A stretch of 64,000 bases of DNA, taken from assembly GCA_965206365.1 (NCBI GenBank), contig CBDBJL010000018.1, positions 73,374-137,373 on the forward strand, in the 5' to 3' direction. The translations under genes and the position numbers were made by a program. Of this stretch, positions 50,961 through 62,356 are shown piece by piece (within the stretch, counting starts at the first letter, position 1; every line of letters starts with the position of its first letter). The stretch is from Alphaproteobacteria bacterium (GTDB taxonomy: Bacteria; Pseudomonadota; Alphaproteobacteria; JABAAW01; JAHZMA01). The notes under the pieces were generated by a model. The model had not been told where the DNA came from and made no database searches. It saw only the letters and a list, made by a program, of their open reading frames with translations.

Positions 50961-50997
50961 TTTTTTCATTATTGAAAAATTAGTTTCTAATTTTGGG

Positions 50998-51028
50998 AAA
51001 GGGAGAGATTTTATCTCTCCCTTTTTTT
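50998..51028 (+). terminator. Intrinsic terminator of the porin gene
   Basis: AAAGGGAGAGAT-ttt-ATCTCTCCCTTT followed by a T tract. Confidence 0.88.
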
Positions 51029-51228
51029 ATCAGCTTTTCGTAAATCATAATCGCTCTTGACATGATCGGTAAGTTTTGGCAAAAATAGGGGCAAATATCG
51101 AGGAGTAAAAACTGAATCGTGTGTTTGTTTGCCGGCCAAAAAATTACGGTGAATTACGAATTGATATGGCGGTGGTTTTTCCACCAATAAACCTAGCGAA
51201 AACAAATTTTTGATCAGCACAGATATAG

Positions 51229-51837
51229 ATGAGCCAAAATACCATGCAAAAATCCAATATGAAAAAATCCAATATGAAAAAATCCAGCACCCAAAAACAG
51301 AAGAGTCCATATATCAATATTATTTTGTGTTTATTTATGGTCACTGCATGCGAAATTCGCGAACCTACCTATGAAGAAACCACTTCGAAAAAACAGTTAG
51401 ATTTAGAAGGAAGAACCGGCACAAAATTGGGCGGAGGCATAGGAAGCTTTTCAAAGCAGAAACAGCGGGTAAATCGTGATTCTACCAATTTGGCGAATTT
51501 TGGCAGTGGCGATTTACAGGTGAATCGTTATTTATGGACGGCAAGCCTAGATATTATGTCTTTTTTGCCTTTTACGCAGGCAGATGCGGTTGCCGGGGTG
51601 ATTCTTACCGATTGGCATGCGTTGAATGAAGACCCTACACAGCGTTATAAGGTGAATCTTATCATCACCGGTACACAATTGCGTCCCGATGCGTTGCGGG
51701 TTGTTTTGTTTAAGCAAAAGAAACAGGGAGATAATTGGCAAGATGTGACGGTTTCGAAAGATTCGGTAAATCAGCTGGAAGAAAGCATTTTAACCCGAGC
51801 GCGCGAAATTCGCTATACTAGCCTGGGATTTAAGTAA
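51229..51837 (+). CDS. DUF3576 family putative lipoprotein
   Basis: Lipobox-like MVTAC, VNRYLWTASLD.MSFLP, GVILTDW and LEESILTRAREIR; lies upstream of leuS. Confidence 0.85.
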   Translation: MSQNTMQKSNMKKSNMKKSSTQKQKSPYINIILCLFMVTACEIREPTYEETTSKKQLDLEGRTGTKLGGGIGSFSKQKQRVNRDSTNLANFGSGDLQVNRYLWTASLDIMSFLPFTQADAVAGVILTDWHALNEDPTQRYKVNLIITGTQLRPDALRVVLFKQKKQGDNWQDVTVSKDSVNQLEESILTRAREIRYTSLGFK

Positions 51838-51966
51838 TGGGATTTCAATAATGGGATTTCAATAATGGGGTTTCAGCAATGGGGTTTCAATAATGGGGTT
51901 TCAGCAATGGGATTTCTAGTAATGGGATTTCAGCAATGGGGTTTCTAGTAATGGGGTTTCGTAATG
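51824..51966 (+). repeat. Tandem array of about 10 units of 13-15 bp (TGGGRTTTCARYAA)
   Basis: Directly visible; spans from the DUF3576 stop codon to the leuS ATG. Confidence 0.95.
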
Positions 51967-54666
51967 AACGGGCCTGATTCTTCTCCGGAATCTTCTCCTG
52001 ATTCTTCCTCTGGCTCTTATCCCCAGAATCATTATCCATTTCGCGCTACCGAAAAGAAATGGCAAGATTATTGGGCTAAGCATGCTTCGTTTGCCACGGA
52101 TGAGGATTCGTGCAAGCCTCCTTATTATGTTTTAGAGATGTTCCCATACCCTTCTGGGCGGATCCATGTTGGCCATGTTCGTAATTATACGATGGGTGAT
52201 GTGGTTGCCAGGTATCGGCGTGCAAAGGGTTTTGAGGTTTTGCATCCTATGGGTTGGGATGCTTTTGGTTTGCCTGCGGAAAATGCCGCTTTTGAAAATC
52301 AGGCTCACCCGATGCAGTGGACGAAGAACAATATTGCGGCGATGAAAAAACAATTTTCCCTATTGGGGTTATCCTTAGATTGGTCACGTGAAATTACCAC
52401 TTGCGAGCCAGATTACTATAAGCATGAACAGGCAATCTTTTTGGATTTTCTGGCAAAAGGCTTGGCATATCGCAAAGAATCATGGGTGAATTGGGATCCG
52501 GTGGAAAATACGGTGCTTGCTAACGAGCAAGTGATCGATGGCAAGGGTTGGCGTTCGGGTGCGCTGGTCGAGAAAAAACAATTGCATCAATGGTTTTTGA
52601 AAATTACCGCTTTTGCCGACGAGCTACAACAGGGTTTGACCGGTTTGGTGGATTGGCCCGAAAAAGTTAAATTAATGCAGCATAATTGGCTTGGGCGTTC
52701 AGAGGGTGCGGAAATTGATTTTCTATTACAAAATCCTGTTACCATTGATGAGGCGCGCAAAAATAATCGTGATTTGCTAGATTCAGGCATCGATTCGATG
52801 GAAATAAAAAAGATACGAGTTTTTTCCACCCGCCCCGATACGCTTTATGGTGCGGCCTTTCTTGCAGTTGCCCCAACGCATCCTTTGGCAAGCGCAATTG
52901 CACATTATGATGATGATGCCAAAGCCTTTATTGCCGAATGTGCCCGAATTGATACCAGCGAAGAGGCGATCGAAACAGCGACAAAAAAAGGTTATTTAAC
53001 CGAGATCATCGCCGAGCATCCGTTTGATGCGAAGTGGCAATTGCCGGTTTATATAGCAAATTTTGTATTGATGGAATATGGCACCGGGTCGATTTTTGGG
53101 TGTCCGGCGCATGATGCTCGTGATCTAGAATTTGCGCGCCGCTATGATATTGCTTTTAAGGCCGTTATTATGCCAACAGATTCTGCAGTGAAAGCAGAAG
53201 ATTTTACCATTAATGCCGAGCCTTATCTTGAGGATGGGGTTTTGATCAATTCAGATTTTCTGGATGGCTTGAATGTTGGAGATGGAATGAAAGCATCAAT
53301 TGCCAGGCTTGAGGCTGAACAGAAAGGGCAACAGAAAATTACGTGGCGATTGCGCGATTGGGGGATCTCGCGTCAGCGCTATTGGGGCTGCCCAGTGCCG
53401 ATTATTCATTGCCCCAAATGCGGAATTGTGCCGGTGGCTAAGGTGGATTTGCCGGTAACTTTGCCTGAAGAGATTGAATTTACGCATTCGGGGAATCCTT
53501 TGAATTATAGCGAGTGGAAGCACACAACATGCCCAAGCTGTGGCGGTGTGGCTGAGCGGGAAACCGATACTTTTGATACTTTTATGGAATCTTCTTGGTA
53601 TTTTCTGCGGTTTTGTGATCCGCATAATGATGATCTGCCGGTAGATTTGGCATTGGCAAAAAAATGGTTGCCGGTGGACCAATATATCGGCGGGGTAGAA
53701 CATGCGATTATGCATCTGCTTTATTCGCGATTCTATGTACGGGCGATGCAATTTTGTGGATATTTGAAAGATTTAAGCGAGCCCTTTGCTGGGTTGTACA
53801 CTCAGGGTATGGTGTGTCATCAAAGCTATCAATCTAGTGTTACTGGGAAATGGGAATTTGCATCAATGGCAGAAAAGGGCGAGGATGGTAGATTTTATCA
53901 TCGCGAAACCGGTGTTGAATTAACGCTTGGACGCGTTGAAAAAATGAGCAAATCGAAGAAAAATGTTGTTGATCCCGAAGATATTATTGGTGTATATGGT
54001 GCGGATACAGTTCGGTTATTTGCGCTTTCGGATTCACCGCCAGATCGAGATTTTGAATGGAGTGAAGCGGGTATGGAAGGCGCGTGGCGTTACTTAAATC
54101 GATTATGGCGATTGGCAAATAATGGACAATCTCAAGAAATATACGATAACCTAAAGCATCGAGAAAAATTAAGCGAGAAGGGTAAAAAATTACATAGCTC
54201 GCTTCATTGCACGATCAAAGAAACGGCAAAAGATATTGAAAAATATCATTTTAATCGTGCGGTGGCACGGCTTCGTGAATTTGGCAATATGATTGAAAAA
54301 TTTGTACCCGAAAATCTTGCTGAGCAAGCATTGAAAAAATACGCGTTGGAAACATTAATACGCTTATTTAATCCCTTTATTCCGCATATTACAGAAGAAT
54401 TATGGCAAAAATTAGGAATGAAATCGCATCTTTTAACCATGGATTGGCCAGAATTTAATCCTAGCGATATTATCCAGGAAAAAATTAATTTGCCGGTGCA
54501 GGTAAATGGTAAAATGCGCGGCAATATTGATGTGACTGAGCAGATGACGCAAGATGAAATTATTGCGCAAGCTAAGAAAATTGAAAATGTTATCAAAGCC
54601 TTGCAGGGGCTACCGGTTAGAAAAGTTATTTATGTGCCTCGTAAAATATTGAATTTAGTGAAATAA
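51964..54666 (+). CDS. leuS: Leucine--tRNA ligase
   Basis: [45 protein letters not shown] and KMSKS motifs. Confidence 0.98.
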   Translation: MNGPDSSPESSPDSSSGSYPQNHYPFRATEKKWQDYWAKHASFATDEDSCKPPYYVLEMFPYPSGRIHVGHVRNYTMGDVVARYRRAKGFEVLHPMGWDAFGLPAENAAFENQAHPMQWTKNNIAAMKKQFSLLGLSLDWSREITTCEPDYYKHEQAIFLDFLAKGLAYRKESWVNWDPVENTVLANEQVIDGKGWRSGALVEKKQLHQWFLKITAFADELQQGLTGLVDWPEKVKLMQHNWLGRSEGAEIDFLLQNPVTIDEARKNNRDLLDSGIDSMEIKKIRVFSTRPDTLYGAAFLAVAPTHPLASAIAHYDDDAKAFIAECARIDTSEEAIETATKKGYLTEIIAEHPFDAKWQLPVYIANFVLMEYGTGSIFGCPAHDARDLEFARRYDIAFKAVIMPTDSAVKAEDFTINAEPYLEDGVLINSDFLDGLNVGDGMKASIARLEAEQKGQQKITWRLRDWGISRQRYWGCPVPIIHCPKCGIVPVAKVDLPVTLPEEIEFTHSGNPLNYSEWKHTTCPSCGGVAERETDTFDTFMESSWYFLRFCDPHNDDLPVDLALAKKWLPVDQYIGGVEHAIMHLLYSRFYVRAMQFCGYLKDLSEPFAGLYTQGMVCHQSYQSSVTGKWEFASMAEKGEDGRFYHRETGVELTLGRVEKMSKSKKNVVDPEDIIGVYGADTVRLFALSDSPPDRDFEWSEAGMEGAWRYLNRLWRLANNGQSQEIYDNLKHREKLSEKGKKLHSSLHCTIKETAKDIEKYHFNRAVARLREFGNMIEKFVPENLAEQALKKYALETLIRLFNPFIPHITEELWQKLGMKSHLLTMDWPEFNPSDIIQEKINLPVQVNGKMRGNIDVTEQMTQDEIIAQAKKIENVIKALQGLPVRKVIYVPRKILNLVK

Positions 54667-54667
54667 T

Positions 54668-55162
54668 ATGAAAGTTTTTTTGCAGAAGATTGCAATTTTT
54701 TTGGTTTTTTTCATTCCTTCTTGCTCACCAATTATTCAAGATAATGTGAATGATGAACAGCGATTATGGCGATTAATGAATCAGGTGAATTTTGCCCCGA
54801 TTGATGGCAAGACCGGGCAAAGATTGAAACAGAGGCTGGAGGCAAGCTTTAATGTTTTGGGGAAATCTGCGAAATGGAGCTATGAATTACAAATTGAGCT
54901 AGAGATGAAAGATATTGATTATACAGAGAGAAAATCTTATGAAATGAATGCTAGAATTGCTTTGCGTGAGCTTGAAACTCAAGAAATTATATTGACAGGA
55001 AAAATTTATAGTTCGAGTAAATATATCAGCTCGGGGAGCGATTATCAGCAAGAAAAATCACGTGAATTTGCCAAACAACGGGCTTTAAACGAGCTGGTGA
55101 AAAAAATAACTTTGCGAATGGAAAGTTATTTTAGAAAAAAAATCGCTGATAATGATCTATAA
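54668..55162 (+). CDS. lptE: LPS assembly lipoprotein LptE (divergent)
   Basis: Lipoprotein-like signal ending in Cys (FIPSC); conserved leuS-lptE-holA gene order. Confidence 0.65.
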   Translation: MKVFLQKIAIFLVFFIPSCSPIIQDNVNDEQRLWRLMNQVNFAPIDGKTGQRLKQRLEASFNVLGKSAKWSYELQIELEMKDIDYTERKSYEMNARIALRELETQEIILTGKIYSSSKYISSGSDYQQEKSREFAKQRALNELVKKITLRMESYFRKKIADNDL

Positions 55163-56135
55163 AAATGAAAAAGATATTCTTAATGCGAAGCAATTTTTTT
55201 TCTTAATTTATGGTACTGATGAAGGCAAAGTAAAATTAACCTCGGATAAATTACGTGAGAAAATTGATTGTGAGACGGTAAAAATAGATCTAGATGAATA
55301 TGAAAAAGAGCCGACAAAATTAGAAGATGAGCTTAGGGCTGCGTCGCTTTTTTCGGAAAAGCAATTAGTTTTTTTGGATTTACGCAATGATTCGATCAAA
55401 CCTAAAATAACAGCACAAATTGCAAAAACGATTGCAAAGATTGAAGATATTGATAATTATTTGTTGATTTTATGTCATAAATTAACGCCAACGTCACCGC
55501 TGAGAAAATTATTTGAAGCGCAAAAAAAAATGGTGATTATGCCATGTTATCCAGCTGAAATCAGTGATATTCGCTTGTTGTTGGAAGATAAATTGTGTCA
55601 AGAAAATATTAGGATTGCGCCAGATGCCAAGCAATTATTTTTACAGAAAGCGAAGGGAAATTTTGCGCGCGTTAATCATGAAATTGAAAAATTACTTCTT
55701 TATAAACAGAAAGATGAAATAATTAATTTTCAGGATGTGCAAAAACTAACGGGGCAGTTTGAAGAATTATATGTTAGTGATTTAATTTATGCGGCATTTT
55801 CAGGCGAATCCACGCTTGTGGATAATATTTTGCGTGAATTGGAGCTAGAGGCGATCCCTTTATTATTAGCGATCAGACGACATATTACGTTGCTGACGCA
55901 AATTAATATGGCAATATCTCAAAATCAAAATCTAATGACAGTAATTGACGGATTGCGACCTCCAATCTTTTTTAAGACGAAGAAAATTCTTGCAGTACAG
56001 GTTAGGAAATGGAGCGAGGTTAAATTGCTGAAATTTTATACCAAAAGTTTGGATATTGAATATCAAGTGAAATGGGAACCATTGGTTGGACTAAGCCAAG
56101 CACGGATGTTGCTACTGGAAATTGTTATCGAATGA
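55152..56135 (+). CDS. holA: DNA polymerase III subunit delta
   Basis: FLIYGTDEG, SLF, SPLRKLFE, PCY, EIEKLLLY and RPPIFFK motifs; gene order. Confidence 0.88.
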   Translation: MIYKNEKDILNAKQFFFLIYGTDEGKVKLTSDKLREKIDCETVKIDLDEYEKEPTKLEDELRAASLFSEKQLVFLDLRNDSIKPKITAQIAKTIAKIEDIDNYLLILCHKLTPTSPLRKLFEAQKKMVIMPCYPAEISDIRLLLEDKLCQENIRIAPDAKQLFLQKAKGNFARVNHEIEKLLLYKQKDEIINFQDVQKLTGQFEELYVSDLIYAAFSGESTLVDNILRELELEAIPLLLAIRRHITLLTQINMAISQNQNLMTVIDGLRPPIFFKTKKILAVQVRKWSEVKLLKFYTKSLDIEYQVKWEPLVGLSQARMLLLEIVIE

Positions 56136-57138
56136 ATCGTGGTTCTCTAGTTTCACAGGACGTTCAAAAAGATTATTGAGCAAATCTTTGATTGGAATTT
56201 TGTGATAAAGGGCCTGATAGACGGCATGGGTAATGGGAAGGTCTAAATTTGGAAATAAGGTTTGTATGGCTTTAACGCTAAAGGCTCCTTCAACAGTTTT
56301 TGCCACCCGTGTTGCCATGCTGGATAAAAGCGTCTAAATCAATTTTGCCTAAACCGAGTTGATAACCAAAAAATGTGTTCCTAGATTTTAGCGATGAACA
56401 GGTTAGCATTAAATCGCCAATTCCACCAAGACCATAAACAGTTTCACGAATCCCGCCTAAGGATTTGCTAAACAGGATCATTTCATTAATGCTTCGGGTA
56501 ATTAAAGCGGTGCGTGCATTTTCACCTAATTGTAATGCCATTGAAATTCCTGCGGCAATGGCAATAATATTTTTAATGATACAAGCTGCTTCAAGTCCGA
56601 TCTGATCAAAATGGTAATAAGGGCGAAATTGTTTACTTTGCAATGCCAATAGTGTTTTTTCAATCGCATTTTTGTGTTTTTTATTGCCAGCAATAACGCT
56701 TGCTGCTGGCAAAGATTGGGCAATTTCTGTGGCAAAATTGGGCCCAGATAAGGTTAGGCAAATGCCTTGATGAAAATCTGCAATAATTTGGCAAGGTAAT
56801 TTTAATTGTTCTTGTTCTAAACCTTTACTGCAATTTACGAAAATTACATCGGGGGAAAGGTTGGGCAAGGTTTGCAAAAAGGCACGCATTTTTTGTGTGG
56901 GGATGGCACAGAAAATAATATCTGCATCTGTAGTTGCTTTTGTTAAATTTGGTTCACAAATAATATTTTTGGGTAAATTAATATTTGGCAAAGCATCACA
57001 ATGTTGATAGGTTTTCGTAATCTGATCTAAAATGATTGGGTTGCGCCCCCATAAGATCGTTTCATAAATATTGGCACGCGCACATAAGGCGGCAATTGCT
57101 GTGCCCCATGCGCCGGCACCTAAGATCGTTGCTTTCAT
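56112..57138 (-). pseudogene. gpsA: NAD(P)H-dependent glycerol-3-phosphate dehydrogenase, split by a +1 frameshift near 56297-56301 (possibly a sequencing error)
   Basis: GAGAWGTA, SKGLE, SGPNFATE, KNIIAIAAG and GDLMLTCSSLKSRN motifs. The conserved TVEG C-terminus is in another frame after an A5 run. Confidence 0.85.
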
Positions 57139-57167
57139 AAAAATCTCCTCAAAATCTTCTAGGGTGA

Positions 57168-58217
57168 TCAATGAGATGATACATTGAGATTGCACTCACT
57201 TAATGGCCAGGCGGGGCGAATATTGATTGATGCGGGTATATCACCAGCTTGATAATGCTCAATCGCTGCCCAAGCAATCATCGCGGCATTATCGGTACAA
57301 AATTCTACGGGAGGACAAATAAGTTGGGCATGGTTGGTTCGACAAAAATGAGCCAAAGCATTTCGGATCATTTGGTTACTGGCAACACCGCCAACCAAAG
57401 CGCAAGAAATTTCTGTTTTATGGTATTGTTTGCGGAATAAAGTAAAAGCATTTTTCAGTCTATCGATAAAAATATCGGCAATGGTGGCTTGTAGTGAAGC
57501 CGCATAATAAGCAATTTTTGGGTTATCTAATGTTGTTTCATTCAAAATTTTACGTCGAAATGCTGATTTTAATCCTGAAAAAGAAAAATCACAACCAGCT
57601 TTGCCGATAAGCGGGCGTGGTAGTAAGGAAGAATCGGCTAAACCAGTTTTTGCAGCTTTTTCAATTGCAGGCCCGCCAGGATAAGGTAAGCCAAGTAAAT
57701 TTGCGGCTTTATCAAACGTTTCCCCAGCAGCATCATCCAAAGTTTCTCCATAAATATGGTAGCAACCCACAGCTTCAATGGCTAAAATCTGACAATGCCC
57801 ACCAGAGACAAGCAATAAAAGATAGGGGAAAGTAATATTTTCAGTTAGGCGTACTGATAAAGCATGACCTTCCAAATGGTTGATTGGATAAAGTGGAATT
57901 TCTAATATTTGTGCAAGAGAATTAGCAAAATTGACTCCGACTAGCAAACCACCCATTAATCCCGGACCTGAAGTAACGGCAATGGCATCAATGTTTTCAA
58001 GTTTTATCTTGGCATGATTAAGTGCAGTTTTGGTTAAAATTTCAATTTTTTCTAAATGGGCTCGTGCGGCAATTTCTGGAACGACGCCCCCATAAATTTG
58101 GTGCAAATCTATTTGTGAAAAAATTTGTTGGGCAAGAATATTTTTCTCACTATCTAAAATAGCAATGGCAGTTTCATCGCAAGAAGATTCAAATGCCATA
58201 AATATTTTAGGAATCAT
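57168..58217 (-). CDS. tsaD: tRNA N6-adenosine threonylcarbamoyltransferase
   Basis: ESSCDET, GGVVPEIAARAH, NHLEGH, VSGGH, DDAAGETFDK and CTDNAAMIA motifs. Confidence 0.97.
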   Translation of the reverse strand: MIPKIFMAFESSCDETAIAILDSEKNILAQQIFSQIDLHQIYGGVVPEIAARAHLEKIEILTKTALNHAKIKLENIDAIAVTSGPGLMGGLLVGVNFANSLAQILEIPLYPINHLEGHALSVRLTENITFPYLLLLVSGGHCQILAIEAVGCYHIYGETLDDAAGETFDKAANLLGLPYPGGPAIEKAAKTGLADSSLLPRPLIGKAGCDFSFSGLKSAFRRKILNETTLDNPKIAYYAASLQATIADIFIDRLKNAFTLFRKQYHKTEISCALVGGVASNQMIRNALAHFCRTNHAQLICPPVEFCTDNAAMIAWAAIEHYQAGDIPASINIRPAWPLSECNLNVSSH

Positions 58218-60865
58218 TTTTTATTCGCAATAAATTGCATAATTTCATTGAGGGCATTTGGCAAACCATCACAATTTTTACCTCCGGATTGGGCAAGATC
58301 TTTTTTGCCGCCACCTTGCCCATCAATTATCTTTGCACCTAATGTTACCAAATCAACAGCATTATATTGTCCGGTGAGGCTATGAGCCACTTGAATCATT
58401 AATGAAGCACGTTTTTCAAAAATTGTTCCTAAAATCACGATCCCATCTCGGGTTTGTTGATTGCGAAAATCACTGCATAAAGTTTTTAAATCTTTGGGAG
58501 TGCAATCTAGCTGGCGCATGGTAACGGGTATGTTGTTAATTATTTTATCATAGTTGATATCATTATTTAATGAAATTTTGCGACGCAAATTTTTATTTTC
58601 ATTTTCAATTTCTTTTATCCGAAGCTGAAGTTTTTCTAATCGGTCGGGGATATTTTCAGGTTTGGTTTTCAGTAGGGTGGAAGCATTTTTCAAAATTAGT
58701 GATGCTGCTTCGAAATGTTTCATTAAAGCTTCACCCGCTACCGCTTCGATTCGTCTGATACCGGCAGCAATTCCAGATTCATTTAAAATTTTAAACATGC
58801 CAATTTCTGCAGTATTTTGCACATGAGTACCACCACATAATTCTACGGAGTAATTTTTATTATCGGTATGGCGAAAACTACCCATCGTTACAACCCGAAC
58901 TTCATTATCATATTTTTCACCAAAAAGTGCTAAGGCTCCAGATTTAATTGCAGTTGCCTTATCTGTTATTAAAGTGGTGACCGGATTATTGTATAAAATT
59001 TCTTGGTTGACTTGCATTTCAATTTTTTGCAACTCAGGTTCAGTTAGGGTACCGGTATAGCTAAAATCAAAGCGCAAATAATCCTTGGCAACTAGCGAGC
59101 CACTTTGCGCAACATGGTTACCAAGCGTGTCGCGTAAGGCTTGTTGCAATAAATGGGTTGCAGAATGATGACGCATAAGCTGGGAGCGATATTGCGTATC
59201 GATATTAAGTTGTACATGCTCTCCACATGTCAAACTCCCTTGAATCATTTTGCCATAATGTAGGATAAGCCCCAAAGTTTTTTGGGTATCGGTTACGGTG
59301 AATTTTGTAATATTATCACCTTCACTTGTATATATGATGCCAATATCTCCGAGCTGACCACCAGATTCGCCATAAAAAACTGTTTGGTTGACGATTAAAA
59401 TGGCGTCCTCTCCAGCGATTACGTTTTTATTTTCCTGATGATCTTTGATGATATGCTGAATCAAAGCTTCGTTATGTTGGTGCTGATAACCAAGAAATTC
59501 AGTGGTAGGGGTTTTCTCTTTTAAGTGAAACCAAAGTGAATCTGCTTTTTGGGTGCCAGAGCCCTTCCATGCCGCACGTGCGCGTGTACGTTGTTCTTGC
59601 ATGGCAACATTAAAAGCGTACATATCCAGGGATAGATTACGTCCGCGTAGAATATCGGCGGTTAAATCTAGAGGAAAACCAAATGTATCATAAAGGGTAA
59701 AAGCCACTTTACCATCTAATTTATCACCTTTACTTAAAGAGCTAATTTCATCTTCAAGCAGTTTGAGCCCACGTGATAAAGTATTTTGAAAACGGTTTTC
59801 TTCGCTTTTTAAGGTCTCGCGAATTAAATTTTCTGCTTGGTATAATTCATGATAATGTGAGCCCATTAAATTTGTTACTGTAGAAATTAATAGGTAGAGC
59901 ATGGGTTGACGTTTGCCACCAATAATATGGGCATGGCGCATGGCACGGCGCATAATACGGCGTAAAACATAGCCTCTCCCTTCATTGGCGGGTAGCACCC
60001 CATCGGCAATTAAAAAGCTAATTGCCCGTAAATGATCAGCAATAACTTTATAACTATCGGTATGGTTTGTAATATTTTTTCCAAAAAGTTCAGCAGTTTC
60101 TGCCATCAGCTGGGCAAAAATATCCGTATCATAATTATTATGTTTCCCCTGTAAAATGGCGGCAATACGTTCAATTCCCATACCAGTATCAATAGATGCC
60201 TTGGGTAAATTGATACGGTTATCGGTAGATATTTGTTCATATTGCATGAATACAAGGTTCCAAATTTCTACAAAACGATCTCCATCCTCATCGGCAGAAC
60301 CGGGAAGTCCACCTTGAATATGGTCGCCATGATCATAAAAAATTTCCGAACAAGGCCCACAAGGTCCGGTGTCACCCATACGCCAAAAATTATCATCTGT
60401 GGCAATTTTAATAATGCGGTCACTGGGCAAATTAGCAATTTTTTTCCAGTAATTTTCAGCTTCAATATCATCATGATAAATGGTAATATATAATTTATTG
60501 CTAGGTAAGCCAAATTCTTTGGTAACAAGATTCCATGCCAAAGCAATGGCTTCTTGTTTGAAATAATTTCCAAAAGAAAAATTTCCCAACATTTCAAAAA
60601 AAGTATGATGGCGTGCGGTATAGCCTACATTTTCTAAATCATTATGCTTGCCACCAGCACGTACGCATTTTTGTGCAGTAACAGCTGCAGGAGCAGGAGG
60701 TTTTTCGGTTCCGGTAAAAATATTTTTAAATTGAACCATACCGGCATTGGTAAACATAAGGCTAGGATCATTTTTGGGTATTAAGGGTGAAGAAGGAATT
60801 TGAGTATGGTTGTTTTTAACAAAATAATCTAAAAATGTTGTTCGAATATTATTAATACTAGCCAT
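58214..60865 (-). CDS. alaS: Alanine--tRNA ligase
   Basis: FTNAGMVQFK, RHHTFFEMLGNFSFG, EIWNLVFMQ, HSATHLL and ELCGGTHV motifs. Confidence 0.98.
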   Translation of the reverse strand: MASINNIRTTFLDYFVKNNHTQIPSSPLIPKNDPSLMFTNAGMVQFKNIFTGTEKPPAPAAVTAQKCVRAGGKHNDLENVGYTARHHTFFEMLGNFSFGNYFKQEAIALAWNLVTKEFGLPSNKLYITIYHDDIEAENYWKKIANLPSDRIIKIATDDNFWRMGDTGPCGPCSEIFYDHGDHIQGGLPGSADEDGDRFVEIWNLVFMQYEQISTDNRINLPKASIDTGMGIERIAAILQGKHNNYDTDIFAQLMAETAELFGKNITNHTDSYKVIADHLRAISFLIADGVLPANEGRGYVLRRIMRRAMRHAHIIGGKRQPMLYLLISTVTNLMGSHYHELYQAENLIRETLKSEENRFQNTLSRGLKLLEDEISSLSKGDKLDGKVAFTLYDTFGFPLDLTADILRGRNLSLDMYAFNVAMQEQRTRARAAWKGSGTQKADSLWFHLKEKTPTTEFLGYQHQHNEALIQHIIKDHQENKNVIAGEDAILIVNQTVFYGESGGQLGDIGIIYTSEGDNITKFTVTDTQKTLGLILHYGKMIQGSLTCGEHVQLNIDTQYRSQLMRHHSATHLLQQALRDTLGNHVAQSGSLVAKDYLRFDFSYTGTLTEPELQKIEMQVNQEILYNNPVTTLITDKATAIKSGALALFGEKYDNEVRVVTMGSFRHTDNKNYSVELCGGTHVQNTAEIGMFKILNESGIAAGIRRIEAVAGEALMKHFEAASLILKNASTLLKTKPENIPDRLEKLQLRIKEIENENKNLRRKISLNNDINYDKIINNIPVTMRQLDCTPKDLKTLCSDFRNQQTRDGIVILGTIFEKRASLMIQVAHSLTGQYNAVDLVTLGAKIIDGQGGGKKDLAQSGGKNCDGLPNALNEIMQFIANKK

Positions 60866-60866
60866 C

Positions 60867-62321
60867 TTATTTCCAAAAATTCTTATTGCAGAGAACTAGC
60901 AATGTAAAAAACTCTAAGCGTCCAAGCAACATGCCAATTAACATAAGCCATTTTGCGGTATTGCTAAGAGAAGAAAAATTGCCCGCCGGGCCAACAACAT
61001 CTCCAAGTGCAGGGCCGACATTGGCAATGGAGGTTGCTGCAGATGAAATTGCGGTGATAAAATCTAATCCAGTGAAGCTGAGTAAAATAGTTAAGACCGC
61101 AAAACCTGTGATGTAAATGAAAAAAAATGCCATAACCGCTTCATTAATATATTGTGGTAAGGGTTTATTGTTATAATAAGGTAGAAACACACCGTGAGGT
61201 TGCATCATTTGTTTAATTTGTAATTTAATGCTTTGGCATAAAACAATCATTCGAAACATTTTAAGCCCACAAGTGGTTGAACCGGCACAGCCACCAATAA
61301 ACATAATTACGAAGAAAAGTGGTTGGGCACCAAAAGACCAAATTGCATAATCATCAGAGGCATAGCCTGTTCCAGTCATAATGGAGGTAACATTGAAGGA
61401 TGTTTGACGCAATGCAGACAGGAAATTCCAACCATTACTAATATAAAGGTTAAAAATCATTAGGCTGATGGCACTTAGCAAAATGATCAGAAACCATCTT
61501 ACTTGCTGTTCCTTAATGAGAGCGTTATGTTTGCCTAAGAGCACAATTTTTAGGTAAAGTACAAAAGGCAAAGAGCCACAAATCATAAAAAATATCGCAA
61601 TTATTTCTACTTTTATATTTTGAAAATAACCAATAGATTGATCATGAGTACTAAATCCACCTGTTGCTACGGTTGTCATGGCATGATTGATGGCATCAAA
61701 AAGACTCATATTCCCGATCAGGGTATAAAGCAATGCACAAACAGCTGTTAGAAATAAATAAACCAAAGCAATCCACATTACCAATTGTGCGGCTCTGGGA
61801 AGAGTTTTTTCCATATTATCTGAAAATTCCATTCGAAATAAATTCATACCACCAATTTGTAGTAAAGGTAAGATTGCAATTGCCATAACAATAATTCCAA
61901 TGCCACCGAACCATTGTAATAGGGAACGCCATAATAATAATCCTGGTGTTGTGTTATCTAAGTCGATGAAAATTGTAGAGCCCGTGGTTGTAATTGCTGA
62001 AACGGTTTCAAAATAGGCATCGGTAAAAGACAAATTAGCGGAAGAGACAATTAAAGGGATGGTTGAAAAGGCAGGCAATGTTATCCAAGTAAGAACGGTT
62101 AATAAAAAAGCGTGCTTGCCAGACATTTTTTGTCGTTCGCCGGAAAATGTTGCCAACACCAAAATAATGCCAATCACAACAACAATACCAGAGCTAATAG
62201 GGAAAACATATTTATCAAGGCTATTGCTAAAAAAATCTACGCCCGCAGGCAAAAGCATGGTGATCGCAATAACAATAATCATCAACCCTTGGGCTGCAAC
62301 AATAGGGCGGAATCTATGCAT
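60867..62321 (-). CDS. trkH: Trk system potassium uptake protein
   Basis: Pore motifs TTTG, ATGGFS, TGTG and NVGP; GGCAGST and LGRLE. Confidence 0.94.
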   Translation of the reverse strand: MHRFRPIVAAQGLMIIVIAITMLLPAGVDFFSNSLDKYVFPISSGIVVVIGIILVLATFSGERQKMSGKHAFLLTVLTWITLPAFSTIPLIVSSANLSFTDAYFETVSAITTTGSTIFIDLDNTTPGLLLWRSLLQWFGGIGIIVMAIAILPLLQIGGMNLFRMEFSDNMEKTLPRAAQLVMWIALVYLFLTAVCALLYTLIGNMSLFDAINHAMTTVATGGFSTHDQSIGYFQNIKVEIIAIFFMICGSLPFVLYLKIVLLGKHNALIKEQQVRWFLIILLSAISLMIFNLYISNGWNFLSALRQTSFNVTSIMTGTGYASDDYAIWSFGAQPLFFVIMFIGGCAGSTTCGLKMFRMIVLCQSIKLQIKQMMQPHGVFLPYYNNKPLPQYINEAVMAFFFIYITGFAVLTILLSFTGLDFITAISSAATSIANVGPALGDVVGPAGNFSSLSNTAKWLMLIGMLLGRLEFFTLLVLCNKNFWK

Positions 62322-62356
62322 ATGTTATTTTATGAAAATGGTTAGTGAAATTAGCG

